DNA from: Candidatus Moraniibacteriota bacterium | GTDB lineage: Bacteria > Patescibacteriota > Minisyncoccia > Moranbacterales > UBA1568 | Assembly (NCBI GenBank): GCA_030648835.1 | Contig: JAUSGT010000001.1 | Coordinates: forward strand, 551 to 64,550 | Length of the DNA: 64,000 bases | Reading direction: 5' to 3' | Shown here: piece after piece, positions 19,951-30,446 of the stretch | Layout: every line of letters begins with the position of its first letter | Numbering within the stretch: position 1 is the stretch's first letter | The notes under the pieces: generated by a model | Databases searched by the model: none | What the model was told of the DNA's origin: nothing | The model's input: the letters and a program-made list of their open reading frames with translations, nothing else | Translations under genes and position numbers: made by a program

Positions 19951-22347
19951 ATGGAAAAAAATACAAAAACAGGCAAGAAAAAAAATTTATTTCGAATACT
20001 CTTCCCCTTTATGAAAGGTAGAACGGGAAAAATCCTTTCATTTTTCGCTTCGCGGAGGCGTGATTATTTTTTTGTGTTTCATTCTCTGATGCGGGGGAGG
20101 AAAAACATAAAAAAATACGCTTATTCCGGCGGACTGATTTTTCTTTTTGCTATCGTTCTCTCCTCGACCGTTTATTTTCAGGACCGGCGTTCTCATGAAT
20201 CTGCCTCGTCGGTGGAAGTTGGCTTTTTCTCTCTTTCTCCCAACGGTTCTCTCGGAGGTGAAATTCTCCCGGCTTCCTGCGAATCTGGTACTATTCATGA
20301 GATGTCTGGCTGTGACATGACCTTTTGGGCTGATAGCACATCACTGCCTTATGGCGGGAGTACCAGCTTACATTGGTACGTACCCACAGGGAATGTGAAT
20401 GCTTATGTCGGTGTTATGAATTCTCATCCCGGCTATCCCGATGGCTTGGAAATTGGTCATATTCAAAGCTGTGTTGCTTCGGGTGACTGGAGCGGTGATC
20501 AAAACGCCAGACCTTATCCTGAAACATACTCTTATTGGTCAACCATCGGTGGTGGTTATCATTTTTATGCTCGACAAAGTGACCCAGGCACAGGATCCTT
20601 AACTTCAACCAAGACGTATAATTTAACCTGCACCATCAACTATCCGGCTTCAGGGGGACAAGATGTGGTGACGAAAAGCGTGACGGTGAATGTTGCGCCG
20701 CATCCTCCCGCTGCCGCCATTTCTGCTGTGCCCAACACGATCCCGTGGAATAGCGCGTCTTTACTTATTTTGGACTCGCAATACTCTACGCGTTGTGGAC
20801 TGGGATATTATGACTATTCCGGAGTTTGGAACAATTCTTCGATAACTCCCAATACAACGATCTACCAATCCACGGGGCCGCTTACTGCCAATCGGACCTA
20901 TTATTTCACCTGTGACAATGGCACTCAAAGCAACCCTGGTGGTTGGCAGCCCGTTGCTATTACTGTTGATCCCGCGCCTACTTCATCCATTTCTGTCTCT
21001 CCTCCTAATCCCGTACCCAATGGCGCCAATCCTAGCTTCACGCTGAACACGAATGCCACAGCTTCTATCTGTTATGTCCGGCATATATTTCCGAATGGTG
21101 TGTGGGACTCGTGGGGTGTGGATAACGCCACCCCGGGTGCTCCGGGTGGAACGTACTATCCCGGACCACAAACCTATTCCGGTACTCATTATGCCGCTTC
21201 TTATTGCTACAATTCCCTTTGGAAGGGACCTACCGTCTGGACGTATACGGGCTTCACTGTTGATCCGGCGCCTACCGTCTCCGTCTCTATCTTACAGAAC
21301 CCTCCTGTACCTTACGGGAGCAACCCGGGTTTCAAACTGGAATCGCAAAATACCGCCGGAGGTACATGCTACATCCAAGTGGATGGTGCCTATCTCACTG
21401 ACGGAACTGATATCTATTTGCCCACATCTGGGACATTTTATCACGGTGCCTTTACCTCACCGGGAACGCATAATTACCGGGCCTTCTGTTACAATTCTGT
21501 AGGGTACGGTACTGGTTGGACGCCTCCAGCTCCGACGAATTATTATTATTTTACCGTCGACCCCGCTCCCACTGCCTCTATCTCTCCAAATGTGACCATA
21601 CCGTATGGGAGCAGTACCACACTCACTCTTTCCAATACCAACTCTTCAACGTGTTATCTGTACAGCACGGCCACTGGATGGGATTACACAAACCGTGCCG
21701 GTACCACCTCTTACAATACAAGCCCTCTGACCGCCACCACTTCCTATACATATCATTGTACGAATGGATATGTTTGGAGTGATAATTATCTTGGCGCTAA
21801 CAATCCAGGCTATCCATGGGCTACGGTTACTGTCGAACCGCCACTACAGCTGTGTCGTAATATAGGAGGAACCTATCAAAAAATTGCAACTCAGGGCGGC
21901 ACGGCTGGTTTTGAGTTGCTCGTTCATGGAGAAGAGTCTGCAATACTTAGGACATATCTCAATAATGCGAATAATTGTTCAGGAAGGGATATAACAGATC
22001 AAACAATTTTTGTCGAGAAAAATAATCCACAAGATGTTATCAGGGTAACTGGTTCGAATCCAAAAATTGTTGAAGCGACTTTGGATATATTACCTCCCAA
22101 AAAGCAGTCAGGAACAGAACGAATTGTTGTCTCCTATAACGGACAGGAGGTTAGTCGAGACATTAACGTTGATGTAGCTGTAGTAGAAAATTGTGTATGG
22201 GACTGTTCGCTAACAGAGAAAGACCATTGTTCAGTGGATGCCAATAATGAAAAGCTAAAGTACAAAGTAACTGACAGCTGCGACATCGAACAGTCTTGCG
22301 ACGGCAAAAGATACTGTGATTACAATTACAAGGAAGTGTCGCCGTAG
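19951..22347 (+). CDS. Large exported Cys/Thr/Tyr-rich protein with tandem Ig-like repeats and C-terminal RYCDYNYKEVSP motif
   Basis: Hydrophobic N-terminal segment, repeats ending TVDPAPT, and a six-Cys terminal module. Confidence 0.85.
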   Translation: MEKNTKTGKKKNLFRILFPFMKGRTGKILSFFASRRRDYFFVFHSLMRGRKNIKKYAYSGGLIFLFAIVLSSTVYFQDRRSHESASSVEVGFFSLSPNGSLGGEILPASCESGTIHEMSGCDMTFWADSTSLPYGGSTSLHWYVPTGNVNAYVGVMNSHPGYPDGLEIGHIQSCVASGDWSGDQNARPYPETYSYWSTIGGGYHFYARQSDPGTGSLTSTKTYNLTCTINYPASGGQDVVTKSVTVNVAPHPPAAAISAVPNTIPWNSASLLILDSQYSTRCGLGYYDYSGVWNNSSITPNTTIYQSTGPLTANRTYYFTCDNGTQSNPGGWQPVAITVDPAPTSSISVSPPNPVPNGANPSFTLNTNATASICYVRHIFPNGVWDSWGVDNATPGAPGGTYYPGPQTYSGTHYAASYCYNSLWKGPTVWTYTGFTVDPAPTVSVSILQNPPVPYGSNPGFKLESQNTAGGTCYIQVDGAYLTDGTDIYLPTSGTFYHGAFTSPGTHNYRAFCYNSVGYGTGWTPPAPTNYYYFTVDPAPTASISPNVTIPYGSSTTLTLSNTNSSTCYLYSTATGWDYTNRAGTTSYNTSPLTATTSYTYHCTNGYVWSDNYLGANNPGYPWATVTVEPPLQLCRNIGGTYQKIATQGGTAGFELLVHGEESAILRTYLNNANNCSGRDITDQTIFVEKNNPQDVIRVTGSNPKIVEATLDILPPKKQSGTERIVVSYNGQEVSRDINVDVAVVENCVWDCSLTEKDHCSVDANNEKLKYKVTDSCDIEQSCDGKRYCDYNYKEVSP

Positions 22348-22450
22348 AGGGGGAGAGAGAATCGTGAGTTGAGAAAGATGTATCAAAAAAAAGGGGCACC
22401 ACTCGCCCCTTTTCGTGTTATAATGACAACAAACATATACACAAGTAATT

Positions 22451-24199
22451 ATGCGTATCGAACTTGATCAGCTCAAAAGTTTTTTGCTTGATTCTAATCT
22501 CATCCCCAAGGAAAAAGTGGAACAGGCAGCGGCAGAAGCCGAGAAGAATGAGAAAAATCTTGGGGTACTCCTTTTGGAGAAAAAACTCATTCAAGAAGTG
22601 GAGTTGCAGAAAGTGTACGCCTATATTCTGGGTATTCCGTTCGTGGATCTTTCCAAGGAAACCATACCGATCGAGATACTGCAGATTGTTCCGGAGCTCA
22701 TTGCCAAAAAATACAATATTGTTTCTTTCGAAAAAACCGGAGTCAATCTGAAGGTGGCCATGCTCAATCCCGAGGATCTCCAGACGATCGATTTCATCAA
22801 GAAAAAAACCGGCTTGAAAATTGTGCCGTGTCTCACCACTCAGGAGAGCATCCAGGCGATACTTCGTCAGTATGAGAAGAGTCTCAAAGCGGAGTTTGGC
22901 GACATTTTGACAGGGGAGATCAAACCGGACGGCGAGAGTCAGGACGATGAGGATCTCGAGCAAGTGGCTGCGGGTCTGCCCATCATCCGTATCGTGGATA
23001 CGCTTTTGAAACACGCCATTCTCGAATCGGCAAGCGATATCCATATCGAACCGGAAGAAAAAGAAGTGCATGTCCGTTATCGGATCGACGGCGTTTTGCA
23101 TGACGCGATGACTTTGCCCAAAGACGTGGCGGCCGGCATTGTGGCACGCATCAAAGTGCTCTCCAATTTGAAACTGGATGAACATCGTCTTCCACAGGAC
23201 GGGCGATTCAAGATCCAGAGTGACGAGTACAAGATCTCTTTCCGGGTCAGTATGTTGCCGGTGTTTGACGGGGAGAAAATTGTGATGCGTCTTCTGGACG
23301 AGACCTCCAAAGGGTTGACGCTCGAGAAAATGGGGCTGAATGGCCAGGCACTGGAAGCGGTACACCGGGAAATCAGCAAACCGAACGGTATGATCCTCGT
23401 CACCGGTCCGACCGGTTCCGGAAAAACAACGACGCTCTATACCGTGATGGATATTTTGAATACCCCGGAAGTGAATATCTCGACCGTCGAGGATCCGGTA
23501 GAATATCGGATGCCGCGCGTGAATCAGACACAGATCAATCCGAAAGTCGGGATGACGTTTGCCGCGGCGCTGCGCTCCCTTTTGCGTCAGGATCCGGACA
23601 TCATCATGGTGGGGGAAATTCGCGACCAAGAAACCCTGGAAATCGCCATGCACGCGGCGATGACGGGGCATCTGGTGCTTTCTACTCTCCATACCAACAA
23701 CGCGTCCGCGACATTGCCTCGGATGCTCGATATGGGAGCGGAACCGTTTCTCATCGCCTCAACGGTGAATGTCATTATCGCTCAGCGTCTCATCAGGCGC
23801 CTGTGTGTCGAATGCCGCAAGGCCTATCAGCTCGACAAAAAAGAAATCGAATCACTTCAAAAATTCTATACTATCGACGATATTTTCACCTATCTCAAAA
23901 ACGATCCTGCCAGTAAGAAATATGTCGAGAAGGCAAAGAGTTGGGAAGAAATTACCATGTACAAGCCGGTCGGCTGCGATAAGTGCGGAGGTGAAGGCTA
24001 TCATGGTCGCAACGGTATCTATGAGGTTCTGCCGATGACCGACGGTATCCGCAAGCTGGTGACGCAGTCGGCGTCGACCGAGATGATCGAGACCGAAGCC
24101 AAGAAGAGCGGGATGGCGACGATGGTGGAGGATGGTTTTTCAAAAATCGTGCAGGGGATGACCTCGCTCGAAGAAGTGATGCGCGCGACGAAGGAGTAG
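22451..24199 (+). CDS. pilB: Type IV pilus assembly ATPase PilB / GspE family
   Basis: N-terminal GSPII-like domain, ASDIHIEP, LPQDGR, GPTGSGKTTTLY, LRQDPDIIMVGEIRD, STLHTN and CxxC pairs. Confidence 0.93.
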   Translation: MRIELDQLKSFLLDSNLIPKEKVEQAAAEAEKNEKNLGVLLLEKKLIQEVELQKVYAYILGIPFVDLSKETIPIEILQIVPELIAKKYNIVSFEKTGVNLKVAMLNPEDLQTIDFIKKKTGLKIVPCLTTQESIQAILRQYEKSLKAEFGDILTGEIKPDGESQDDEDLEQVAAGLPIIRIVDTLLKHAILESASDIHIEPEEKEVHVRYRIDGVLHDAMTLPKDVAAGIVARIKVLSNLKLDEHRLPQDGRFKIQSDEYKISFRVSMLPVFDGEKIVMRLLDETSKGLTLEKMGLNGQALEAVHREISKPNGMILVTGPTGSGKTTTLYTVMDILNTPEVNISTVEDPVEYRMPRVNQTQINPKVGMTFAAALRSLLRQDPDIIMVGEIRDQETLEIAMHAAMTGHLVLSTLHTNNASATLPRMLDMGAEPFLIASTVNVIIAQRLIRRLCVECRKAYQLDKKEIESLQKFYTIDDIFTYLKNDPASKKYVEKAKSWEEITMYKPVGCDKCGGEGYHGRNGIYEVLPMTDGIRKLVTQSASTEMIETEAKKSGMATMVEDGFSKIVQGMTSLEEVMRATKE

Positions 24200-24258
24200 C
24201 CAATTGCTTGATTACTTTCAAATTTTATTAATTTTTAAGCAGAGGGAATATAGGTAAG

Positions 24259-25713
24259 ATGAAATCAAAAAAGCAAAAATACAATTTGTTATTTTTGAAA
24301 ACTCTAGTGGCGGCAGTTTTTGTTTTCGTTCTGCCACTTTTTGTTTTTGCGCAGACATCCAATGAACCTACATCATTACCTGCACAAAATGTGGAAGTCA
24401 GTCCCTTGACGACATCGCCTCCGCCATCTTTCATTTCTCCAAACGCATTTCAAGGGCAGCCAACCGGACTCAGCTCCTGCTTTGACTATTACCGCTTCGG
24501 TTCCATACAGGTGAGTGTCTCGCCATCGCTCTCTCAAGTGATGCAGGGATCCGCTATCGCCTTCTCCGGTACCGTCACCAACCAAAATCACTATCCCATC
24601 ATTGATGCGACCGTCTACATCAAGATTTTTCATGATCGCACGGGCGGCGCAAAAAATATAAACGGTCCCGACGTGGTTGATTGGTTCCCCGCGGCTGAGC
24701 ACATCACGCTCAAAGCCGATGAATCGAAACCGCTCTCATTCGTCTGGCAGGTGCCGTATGACGCTGACCCGGGTGCGTATAAAGCGGCGATGTATGTGAC
24801 GGCATCCGACCGTTTCGAGCTCTCCGGCCTTGTCTTTACTGACGATGTCACGGGGTCTATGGAATCGTTCGATGTGGTTGGCAGCGCTTCTGGCGATACG
24901 CGCTTCGACAAAGCTAGAGTAACGATAAACGACATCCCCTTCTATTTTGCTGCGTTCCCTCCCACTATTGCGGCATCAACAAAGACCGTCACGGTGTCTG
25001 TCCCCGTAATGAATTCGTCCGCTCGATCTTACGCCGGAACGCTCTCTTGGAAACTCTATTACTGGGATCAGCTTCAGACAAATCATCTTATCGCGCAGTC
25101 GAGTGTCGCCATCAATCTTAATCCCGAAAGCGCCACGACGGTTTCGTATGTCGTGAATGATACTGCTCATGCAGTTTATTATCTCGTCGGCTCTCTCGAG
25201 AACTCGATGAGCGGTGCGAAGTCAATTATCGGCGTACGCTTCGTACGCGAAGGAGTTGCCGAACCGCGCATCAATGCGATGGGGGTAAGTGCCTATCCAC
25301 CCACGCAGGGTGCAACAGCTTTTGTCTGTGTGCACTCGACGAGCAATGATCTGTCCCAGAACGCGCGGGTGGAGTTGTCGGTAACGCCTGTTGGTTTTCT
25401 TGCCGGTCTTTTGGGGCCGCGTGCGCATACCGCCTATACAGGAATTATTCCGGGCGATATCTATGCACTCACCGCACCGATTGCGGGCAGAGCATCCTCT
25501 TTTGACCTCACCGCCTTCCTTTACGACGGACAGGGCGCTTTGGTTGATAGTGTGACGATACCGTATCGCTGTAGCGATCTCGGCGCAAAGTGCAATGATA
25601 TGACTTTGCCGATAATTCTTGGCACTCTTGCTATCGTCGTTATTATTGGCGCAATCATTATCGTCCGACGTCGGCATGCATATGCCCGACAACAGAATCA
25701 ATCAAACGTATGA
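24259..25713 (+). CDS. Exported Ig-like protein with C-terminal membrane anchor (class B partner)
   Basis: Signal peptide ...LFVFA|QT, beta-rich body, C-terminal TM followed by RRRH. The stop overlaps the next ATG (ATGA). Confidence 0.85.
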   Translation: MKSKKQKYNLLFLKTLVAAVFVFVLPLFVFAQTSNEPTSLPAQNVEVSPLTTSPPPSFISPNAFQGQPTGLSSCFDYYRFGSIQVSVSPSLSQVMQGSAIAFSGTVTNQNHYPIIDATVYIKIFHDRTGGAKNINGPDVVDWFPAAEHITLKADESKPLSFVWQVPYDADPGAYKAAMYVTASDRFELSGLVFTDDVTGSMESFDVVGSASGDTRFDKARVTINDIPFYFAAFPPTIAASTKTVTVSVPVMNSSARSYAGTLSWKLYYWDQLQTNHLIAQSSVAINLNPESATTVSYVVNDTAHAVYYLVGSLENSMSGAKSIIGVRFVREGVAEPRINAMGVSAYPPTQGATAFVCVHSTSNDLSQNARVELSVTPVGFLAGLLGPRAHTAYTGIIPGDIYALTAPIAGRASSFDLTAFLYDGQGALVDSVTIPYRCSDLGAKCNDMTLPIILGTLAIVVIIGAIIIVRRRHAYARQQNQSNV

Positions 25714-27983
25714 GAAGTTATCGCGCGAATCAAAGCCGAACCATCTATTTTGTTTTTGCATTCGTGCTTACCGTGCTTTTGACGCCGGTGCGGAGCGAAG
25801 CAGCTTCGGCGACATGGAGCAAAACAATGTCAGACACATACCTTGCGTATGCCTGGAATAATGGCGGGTGTTCCGGAACAGGTGGTTATACGTTGGGGCT
25901 TGCGAATCCAAGCTTCGGTGTCACTTATAACGCTCAAGTTCTCTCATCGTCTGGGGTTCCTATAGCTTCTTCCGGTACAGTGACGAGCGGTCAGTCGGTC
26001 ATTCTCAAATTTCAACCTCACCAATCATCCGATATCTCGTGGTTTGGAACGGGGTATTCAACGGACACTCCTTTCGGCGAATGGGGGACTTCCGCTCCGG
26101 CGTTGACATGTGACAGCAAGGATCAGGTGACTACTTGGAGTATGTATGGAATACGGGCATACATCCCTCTGGTAATAGCTCCTCCGACACAGACGCTTTC
26201 AAATCTTTCCGGGCTCTCGTGCGGTGTTTTGACTCACAATAGTGATGGAAGCGACCAGACGACTTGCACCGTTACGGCAACGAGCGGCACTCTTTCTCCG
26301 ACTTTCGACTTTGCGGCGACTACGGGAACGCTTTATTACCGGTATGACAAGTATCCGTATAGTTGTACTCCAAATGCGTGTGTGGCAAATAATACTCCTA
26401 TGGCGCTTATGAATGCCGGTTCCGGGGCTACTATCGCAAACTGGTACCAAAAAGGAGGAACCATAGGAATAGGAGCTCTTTGGAATGCTTCTACCACTCC
26501 TTTTCAACTTTCCGTTACTGACCAAAGCATCTCATACAGTCTGACTGTTTCTCCGCCTGCCGCATCGCCAAATACACCAACAGTTACCTGTCCTGCTACT
26601 GCTACCGTCGGACAGAACGCCTTTTTCACCGTTACCGGGACAGACCCGAACGGTTTGACGATACGTTATGGTATGGACTGGACCGGTTCAAGTTCTACAC
26701 CTAATGAATGGACTCCTGTAAGCGGGTATGTGCTTTCCGGTACGCAAATGATGTTGATGCATACCTGGGCTTCTGCTGGTATCTACGGGGTTCGTGCACT
26801 TACGGAAAATTCACAGGGTGGACAATCCGGCTGGTCAACGGGTTGTACAGTGACCGTCACTCTTCCGCCGCCGCCAACTATACTTTTTGTCGTATCTCCG
26901 ACATCGGTTATAACATACGCGAGTTCGCTTACGGCTTCTATCGGAAGTGAAACTGCCGTGTTGTCATGGTATTCCATAGGCGCTACTTCGTGCACGGCTT
27001 CAGATTCGTGGTCCGGATCAAAAGATATCGGATTTATGCCAATAACGTGGGCGTCTTGGCAAGAAACAGTCGGGCCATATGCGACTGCAGGGAGCTACCT
27101 ATATACGCTTTCTTGTACTGGTTTAGGTGGTACTGTGTCGAAGACGGTGACAGTCACTGTCAACGACACTTTTCCCGTCACTACCTTCACCGGTACGTAT
27201 GCCGGACTACCAGCCCAAACGAATCTGACCACTCTCAACCTCCCAGTTGGCGGAGGCAGTGTCAATCTCAATTGGTCTGTCACGAATGCTGCTTCAGGAA
27301 TCTGTACCGGATACTCAACCACAGGAGTAACTGATTGGGCAACGACTGGAACTGACGGCAAACCAGTGACTGGCACAAATGTCTCAGTCACTGTCTCTGG
27401 TACAACGACATTTGATCTCGATTGTTGGAATACCTCTACAACCCCATGGGTAGCAGCCACTCGGCAGTCTGTCGTGGTGAATGTGGCTGTTCCCCCCTCC
27501 ACTCTCAAGATCTGCCAGGACTCTTGCCAAAACTCTTACCGTACTCCTCGTGGCCAAGGCGGCGCCACGACAAGCTTCAGCCTTGTCAAAGGCACTTCCC
27601 AAGACCTGGTTGCCTGCTACAATACTGTCTCTGACTGTTCTGATTCTTCAGGCGATGTTACAGCATCACCCGGTACTGTTTGGGCAGAAGATGCTTCTAA
27701 CAATATTATTTCCCTTTCTTCGGTTCTGGGCAAAGAACGTGTCACCGGCGACGCTCCTGGCACGGAAAACTTCACTGCCCAGTACAGCGGAGCAACCGCT
27801 ACGATGGCTGTTTCTGTCACCTGCGTTGAAACGGTGACATGCACCTCCGAACAAAACAAAGTCTGCTCCGGCAAAACAGTACCCGCCGGAACAACCCTTA
27901 CCGGAATTTGTGGGCCAGTCTACTGCGAAGGCAAGTCCGGCAAGAGATATTGCGACTTCAACTGGAAAGAAGTGGCTCCGTGA
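25710..27983 (+). CDS. Large exported protein with PKD/Ig-like domains and C-terminal RYCDFNWKEVAP motif
   Basis: Signal peptide ...SEA|AS, PKD-like YGMDW...HTWASAGIY segment and six-Cys terminal module. Confidence 0.87.
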   Translation: MRSYRANQSRTIYFVFAFVLTVLLTPVRSEAASATWSKTMSDTYLAYAWNNGGCSGTGGYTLGLANPSFGVTYNAQVLSSSGVPIASSGTVTSGQSVILKFQPHQSSDISWFGTGYSTDTPFGEWGTSAPALTCDSKDQVTTWSMYGIRAYIPLVIAPPTQTLSNLSGLSCGVLTHNSDGSDQTTCTVTATSGTLSPTFDFAATTGTLYYRYDKYPYSCTPNACVANNTPMALMNAGSGATIANWYQKGGTIGIGALWNASTTPFQLSVTDQSISYSLTVSPPAASPNTPTVTCPATATVGQNAFFTVTGTDPNGLTIRYGMDWTGSSSTPNEWTPVSGYVLSGTQMMLMHTWASAGIYGVRALTENSQGGQSGWSTGCTVTVTLPPPPTILFVVSPTSVITYASSLTASIGSETAVLSWYSIGATSCTASDSWSGSKDIGFMPITWASWQETVGPYATAGSYLYTLSCTGLGGTVSKTVTVTVNDTFPVTTFTGTYAGLPAQTNLTTLNLPVGGGSVNLNWSVTNAASGICTGYSTTGVTDWATTGTDGKPVTGTNVSVTVSGTTTFDLDCWNTSTTPWVAATRQSVVVNVAVPPSTLKICQDSCQNSYRTPRGQGGATTSFSLVKGTSQDLVACYNTVSDCSDSSGDVTASPGTVWAEDASNNIISLSSVLGKERVTGDAPGTENFTAQYSGATATMAVSVTCVETVTCTSEQNKVCSGKTVPAGTTLTGICGPVYCEGKSGKRYCDFNWKEVAP

Positions 27984-28073
27984 GGGGACTGGCGGTTTTC
28001 TATTCTTGGTGATTCTTCTGGATGGAGTATACTGAAAACAGTTACGTTTTATAAATGAAACATACACAAGAAT

Positions 28074-28646
28074 ATGCTTGAACAGTCTTCACGACCGTTG
28101 AAAGTTGCTCTATCAGTATTATGTGTCGTCATGCTTGCGGTGCTTGTTCTTGTTATTTTGGGAGAGAATGGGGTGCTCGGAAAGAAAACAGTAATTACCC
28201 AGCCCGCCGTTACTACGAGCCAGTCTCAACCACAAACTGTACAGCCGGTACCGCCGACAGAAGTGCGCAGAGTACTCGGTACGGTAGAAAAAGTTTCCGG
28301 TCAAGAGATCATGCTTAAGGATTTTAGGAAAATATCGAGTATTGTTACCGCTGTATCCGATCAATCGGAGCGTATGTTTGTCACCGTCGATCAGTCGACG
28401 ATTATTGAACGCTTTACGTATAAAGACGCAACAACCATAGCGAAAGAGCAGGATGCTTTTGTTAAAAATATTCAAGAAATACAACGACAAAACCCGTCTG
28501 TCCCTCCGACACCGCCGGAACCTTTTACGTTTGAAAAAATTACATTGAGTGATATCAAAATTGGTGACAAAGTTATGGCGTCTTTTGGGGAGGATATATC
28601 AAACCTTGCGACTTTCACAGCGACAAAAATAGAAGTACGAAATTAA
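28074..28646 (+). CDS. Small N-terminally anchored partner protein (class A, copy 2)
   Basis: SRPLKVAL...VLVILGENGVLGKKT, followed by a beta-barrel-like VLGTVEKVSG...LSDIKIGDKV segment. Confidence 0.8.
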   Translation: MLEQSSRPLKVALSVLCVVMLAVLVLVILGENGVLGKKTVITQPAVTTSQSQPQTVQPVPPTEVRRVLGTVEKVSGQEIMLKDFRKISSIVTAVSDQSERMFVTVDQSTIIERFTYKDATTIAKEQDAFVKNIQEIQRQNPSVPPTPPEPFTFEKITLSDIKIGDKVMASFGEDISNLATFTATKIEVRN

Positions 28647-28650
28647 ATTT

Positions 28651-30411
28651 ATGAGATCAAACCATTTTCATCTAAAATTTATTGCAGTAGCGACATTGTT
28701 TTTGTTTGTTGGGATTTTCCCGATTCGACAGACTCATGCTGCTGCTGACGGCACCCTTTTTGGTTGGGGGATGAATTTCTACGGCAATCTCGGCTTAGGT
28801 TGGGCCAGCCACGGTTATAGCAATGCCCTAGGTTTTTCCCGTGACTATGTCCTTTCTCCGACCCAAGTCGGGATGGCAACAAATTGGGCCAGCATCTCGG
28901 CGGGAAACTTTTTTGTTATGGCCACAAAGGCCGACGGCACCCTGTGGGGTTGGGGGAATAATTCCTCCGGTCAGCTCGGTTTAGGCTACATTTCTAACCC
29001 GCCTTACTCTTGGGATTCTGGGTATTCTACCGGTATTTGGTCCCCGACCCAAGTCGGATCGGGAACAAATTGGGCCAATGTCGCGGCAGGGGACAGTTTC
29101 GTTTTAGCCGTAAAAACCGACGGCACCTTGTGGGCTTGGGGAGGTAATCCTGATGGACAACTTGGTTTAGGTGATACAATTAGTCGTTCGGTACCAACTC
29201 GGGTCGGGACAGATACAAATTGGTCTGGTGCTGTGGGGAAGATTTCCGGAGGATATGCAAATTCTGCGGCTGTAAAAACAGACGGTACTATTTGGGTTTG
29301 GGGAAGTGATGTATTTGGCGAGCTCGGTCAAGGCAACACCAATGGTGCCATCAGTCGCTATTATCCGACCCAAGTCGGAACGGCGACGAATTGGGACAAA
29401 GTTTCGGCGATGGGTCAATTTACCGTTTTAGCCACCAAGACCGACGGCACCCTTTGGGCTTGGGGAGATAATATGTATGGCCAGGTTGGTCCCGGGTATG
29501 TCGACTACTCTGGTAATGGTCAACATTCTGTACCGGCTCAAGTTGGGACGGGGACAAATTGGAGTAGTATTGGTCAGGGAGATACATACTCTATGGCTTT
29601 AAAGAGGGATGGCACTATGTGGGTCTGGGGTAGGGTTTCTATCCCGTTCGCCGTCAATTGTGATGTGTCGGGCTGCTATGGGATGACAGGTTCTCCGACC
29701 CAAGTTGGGACGGCAACGGATTGGCGTAGTTTTGGAGCATATCCCTATCCCACCAGCGTGGCTGCTATAAAGACAGACGGTACCCTGTGGGATTGGGGGA
29801 ATAATTGGTATGGTAATCTCGGCTTAGGTGATACCGTCACTCGCAATTCCCAGACCCAGGTCGGAACGGGAACAAATTGGGACAGCGTTACGTCGGGCAT
29901 ATATGGAACTATGGCAATAACAGGCACACCTCCTCCTCCAACCACCCTCAAAGCATGCGTGAGCTCCTGTACTACGACGGGAGCCAGTGCCATCACGAAT
30001 TTGACTATGGCTTACAATAGTACGAGTACTATCGCAGCTTGTTACAACACCGCCGCAGCCTGTGATGCGCCCGATAACACTGGGAATGTTACTCTTTCTT
30101 CTGCATGGGCAGAGTCCGGGACAGACGTTGTTTCTCTCTCGGATCAAAGCAATAGTACGAAGAAATTCCAATCAGGAACAGCATATGGCACGGAAACAAT
30201 CACTATCACATATCTGACACAATCAGTAACACTGAATGTGACCGTACCTTGCATCGAAACGATGACATGCGCTGCTGAACAGACAAAAGTCTGTTCCGAT
30301 AAAACAGTGCCCACTGGAAAAACTCTTTCCGGAATCTGTGGAACAGTCGACTGCGGCGGCAAGCCTGGCAAGAGGTATTGTGATTTCAACTGGAAAGAAG
30401 TGGCGCCGTAG
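28651..30411 (+). CDS. Exported RCC1-repeat (beta-propeller) protein with C-terminal RYCDFNWKEVAP motif
   Basis: Signal peptide ...THA|AA, about seven K.DGTLW.WG.N..G.LG...PTQVG..TNW repeats, and the shared C-terminal module. Confidence 0.9.
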   Translation: MRSNHFHLKFIAVATLFLFVGIFPIRQTHAAADGTLFGWGMNFYGNLGLGWASHGYSNALGFSRDYVLSPTQVGMATNWASISAGNFFVMATKADGTLWGWGNNSSGQLGLGYISNPPYSWDSGYSTGIWSPTQVGSGTNWANVAAGDSFVLAVKTDGTLWAWGGNPDGQLGLGDTISRSVPTRVGTDTNWSGAVGKISGGYANSAAVKTDGTIWVWGSDVFGELGQGNTNGAISRYYPTQVGTATNWDKVSAMGQFTVLATKTDGTLWAWGDNMYGQVGPGYVDYSGNGQHSVPAQVGTGTNWSSIGQGDTYSMALKRDGTMWVWGRVSIPFAVNCDVSGCYGMTGSPTQVGTATDWRSFGAYPYPTSVAAIKTDGTLWDWGNNWYGNLGLGDTVTRNSQTQVGTGTNWDSVTSGIYGTMAITGTPPPPTTLKACVSSCTTTGASAITNLTMAYNSTSTIAACYNTAAACDAPDNTGNVTLSSAWAESGTDVVSLSDQSNSTKKFQSGTAYGTETITITYLTQSVTLNVTVPCIETMTCAAEQTKVCSDKTVPTGKTLSGICGTVDCGGKPGKRYCDFNWKEVAP

Positions 30412-30446
30412 GAAAAGTATTTCAGTTGTTGTATATTACAATCAAA

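Noticed and set aside
22418-23692. 424-aa minus-strand ORF
   Set aside because: Antisense shadow of pilB with no recognisable motifs. The same applies to 33565-34509, 39820-40965 and 8952-9947.
28740-29900. Regularly spaced DNA repeats (GACGGCACC.TGTGGG..TGGGG, CCGACCCAAGTCGG) suggesting a CRISPR array or DGR
   Set aside because: They are in-frame RCC1 protein repeats with synonymous variation. There are no unique spacers, cas genes or reverse transcriptase.
27820-30411. Similar 3' ends of two adhesin genes as a DGR template/variable repeat pair
   Set aside because: The differences are not confined to adenines, both copies are coding, and no RT is present in the window.
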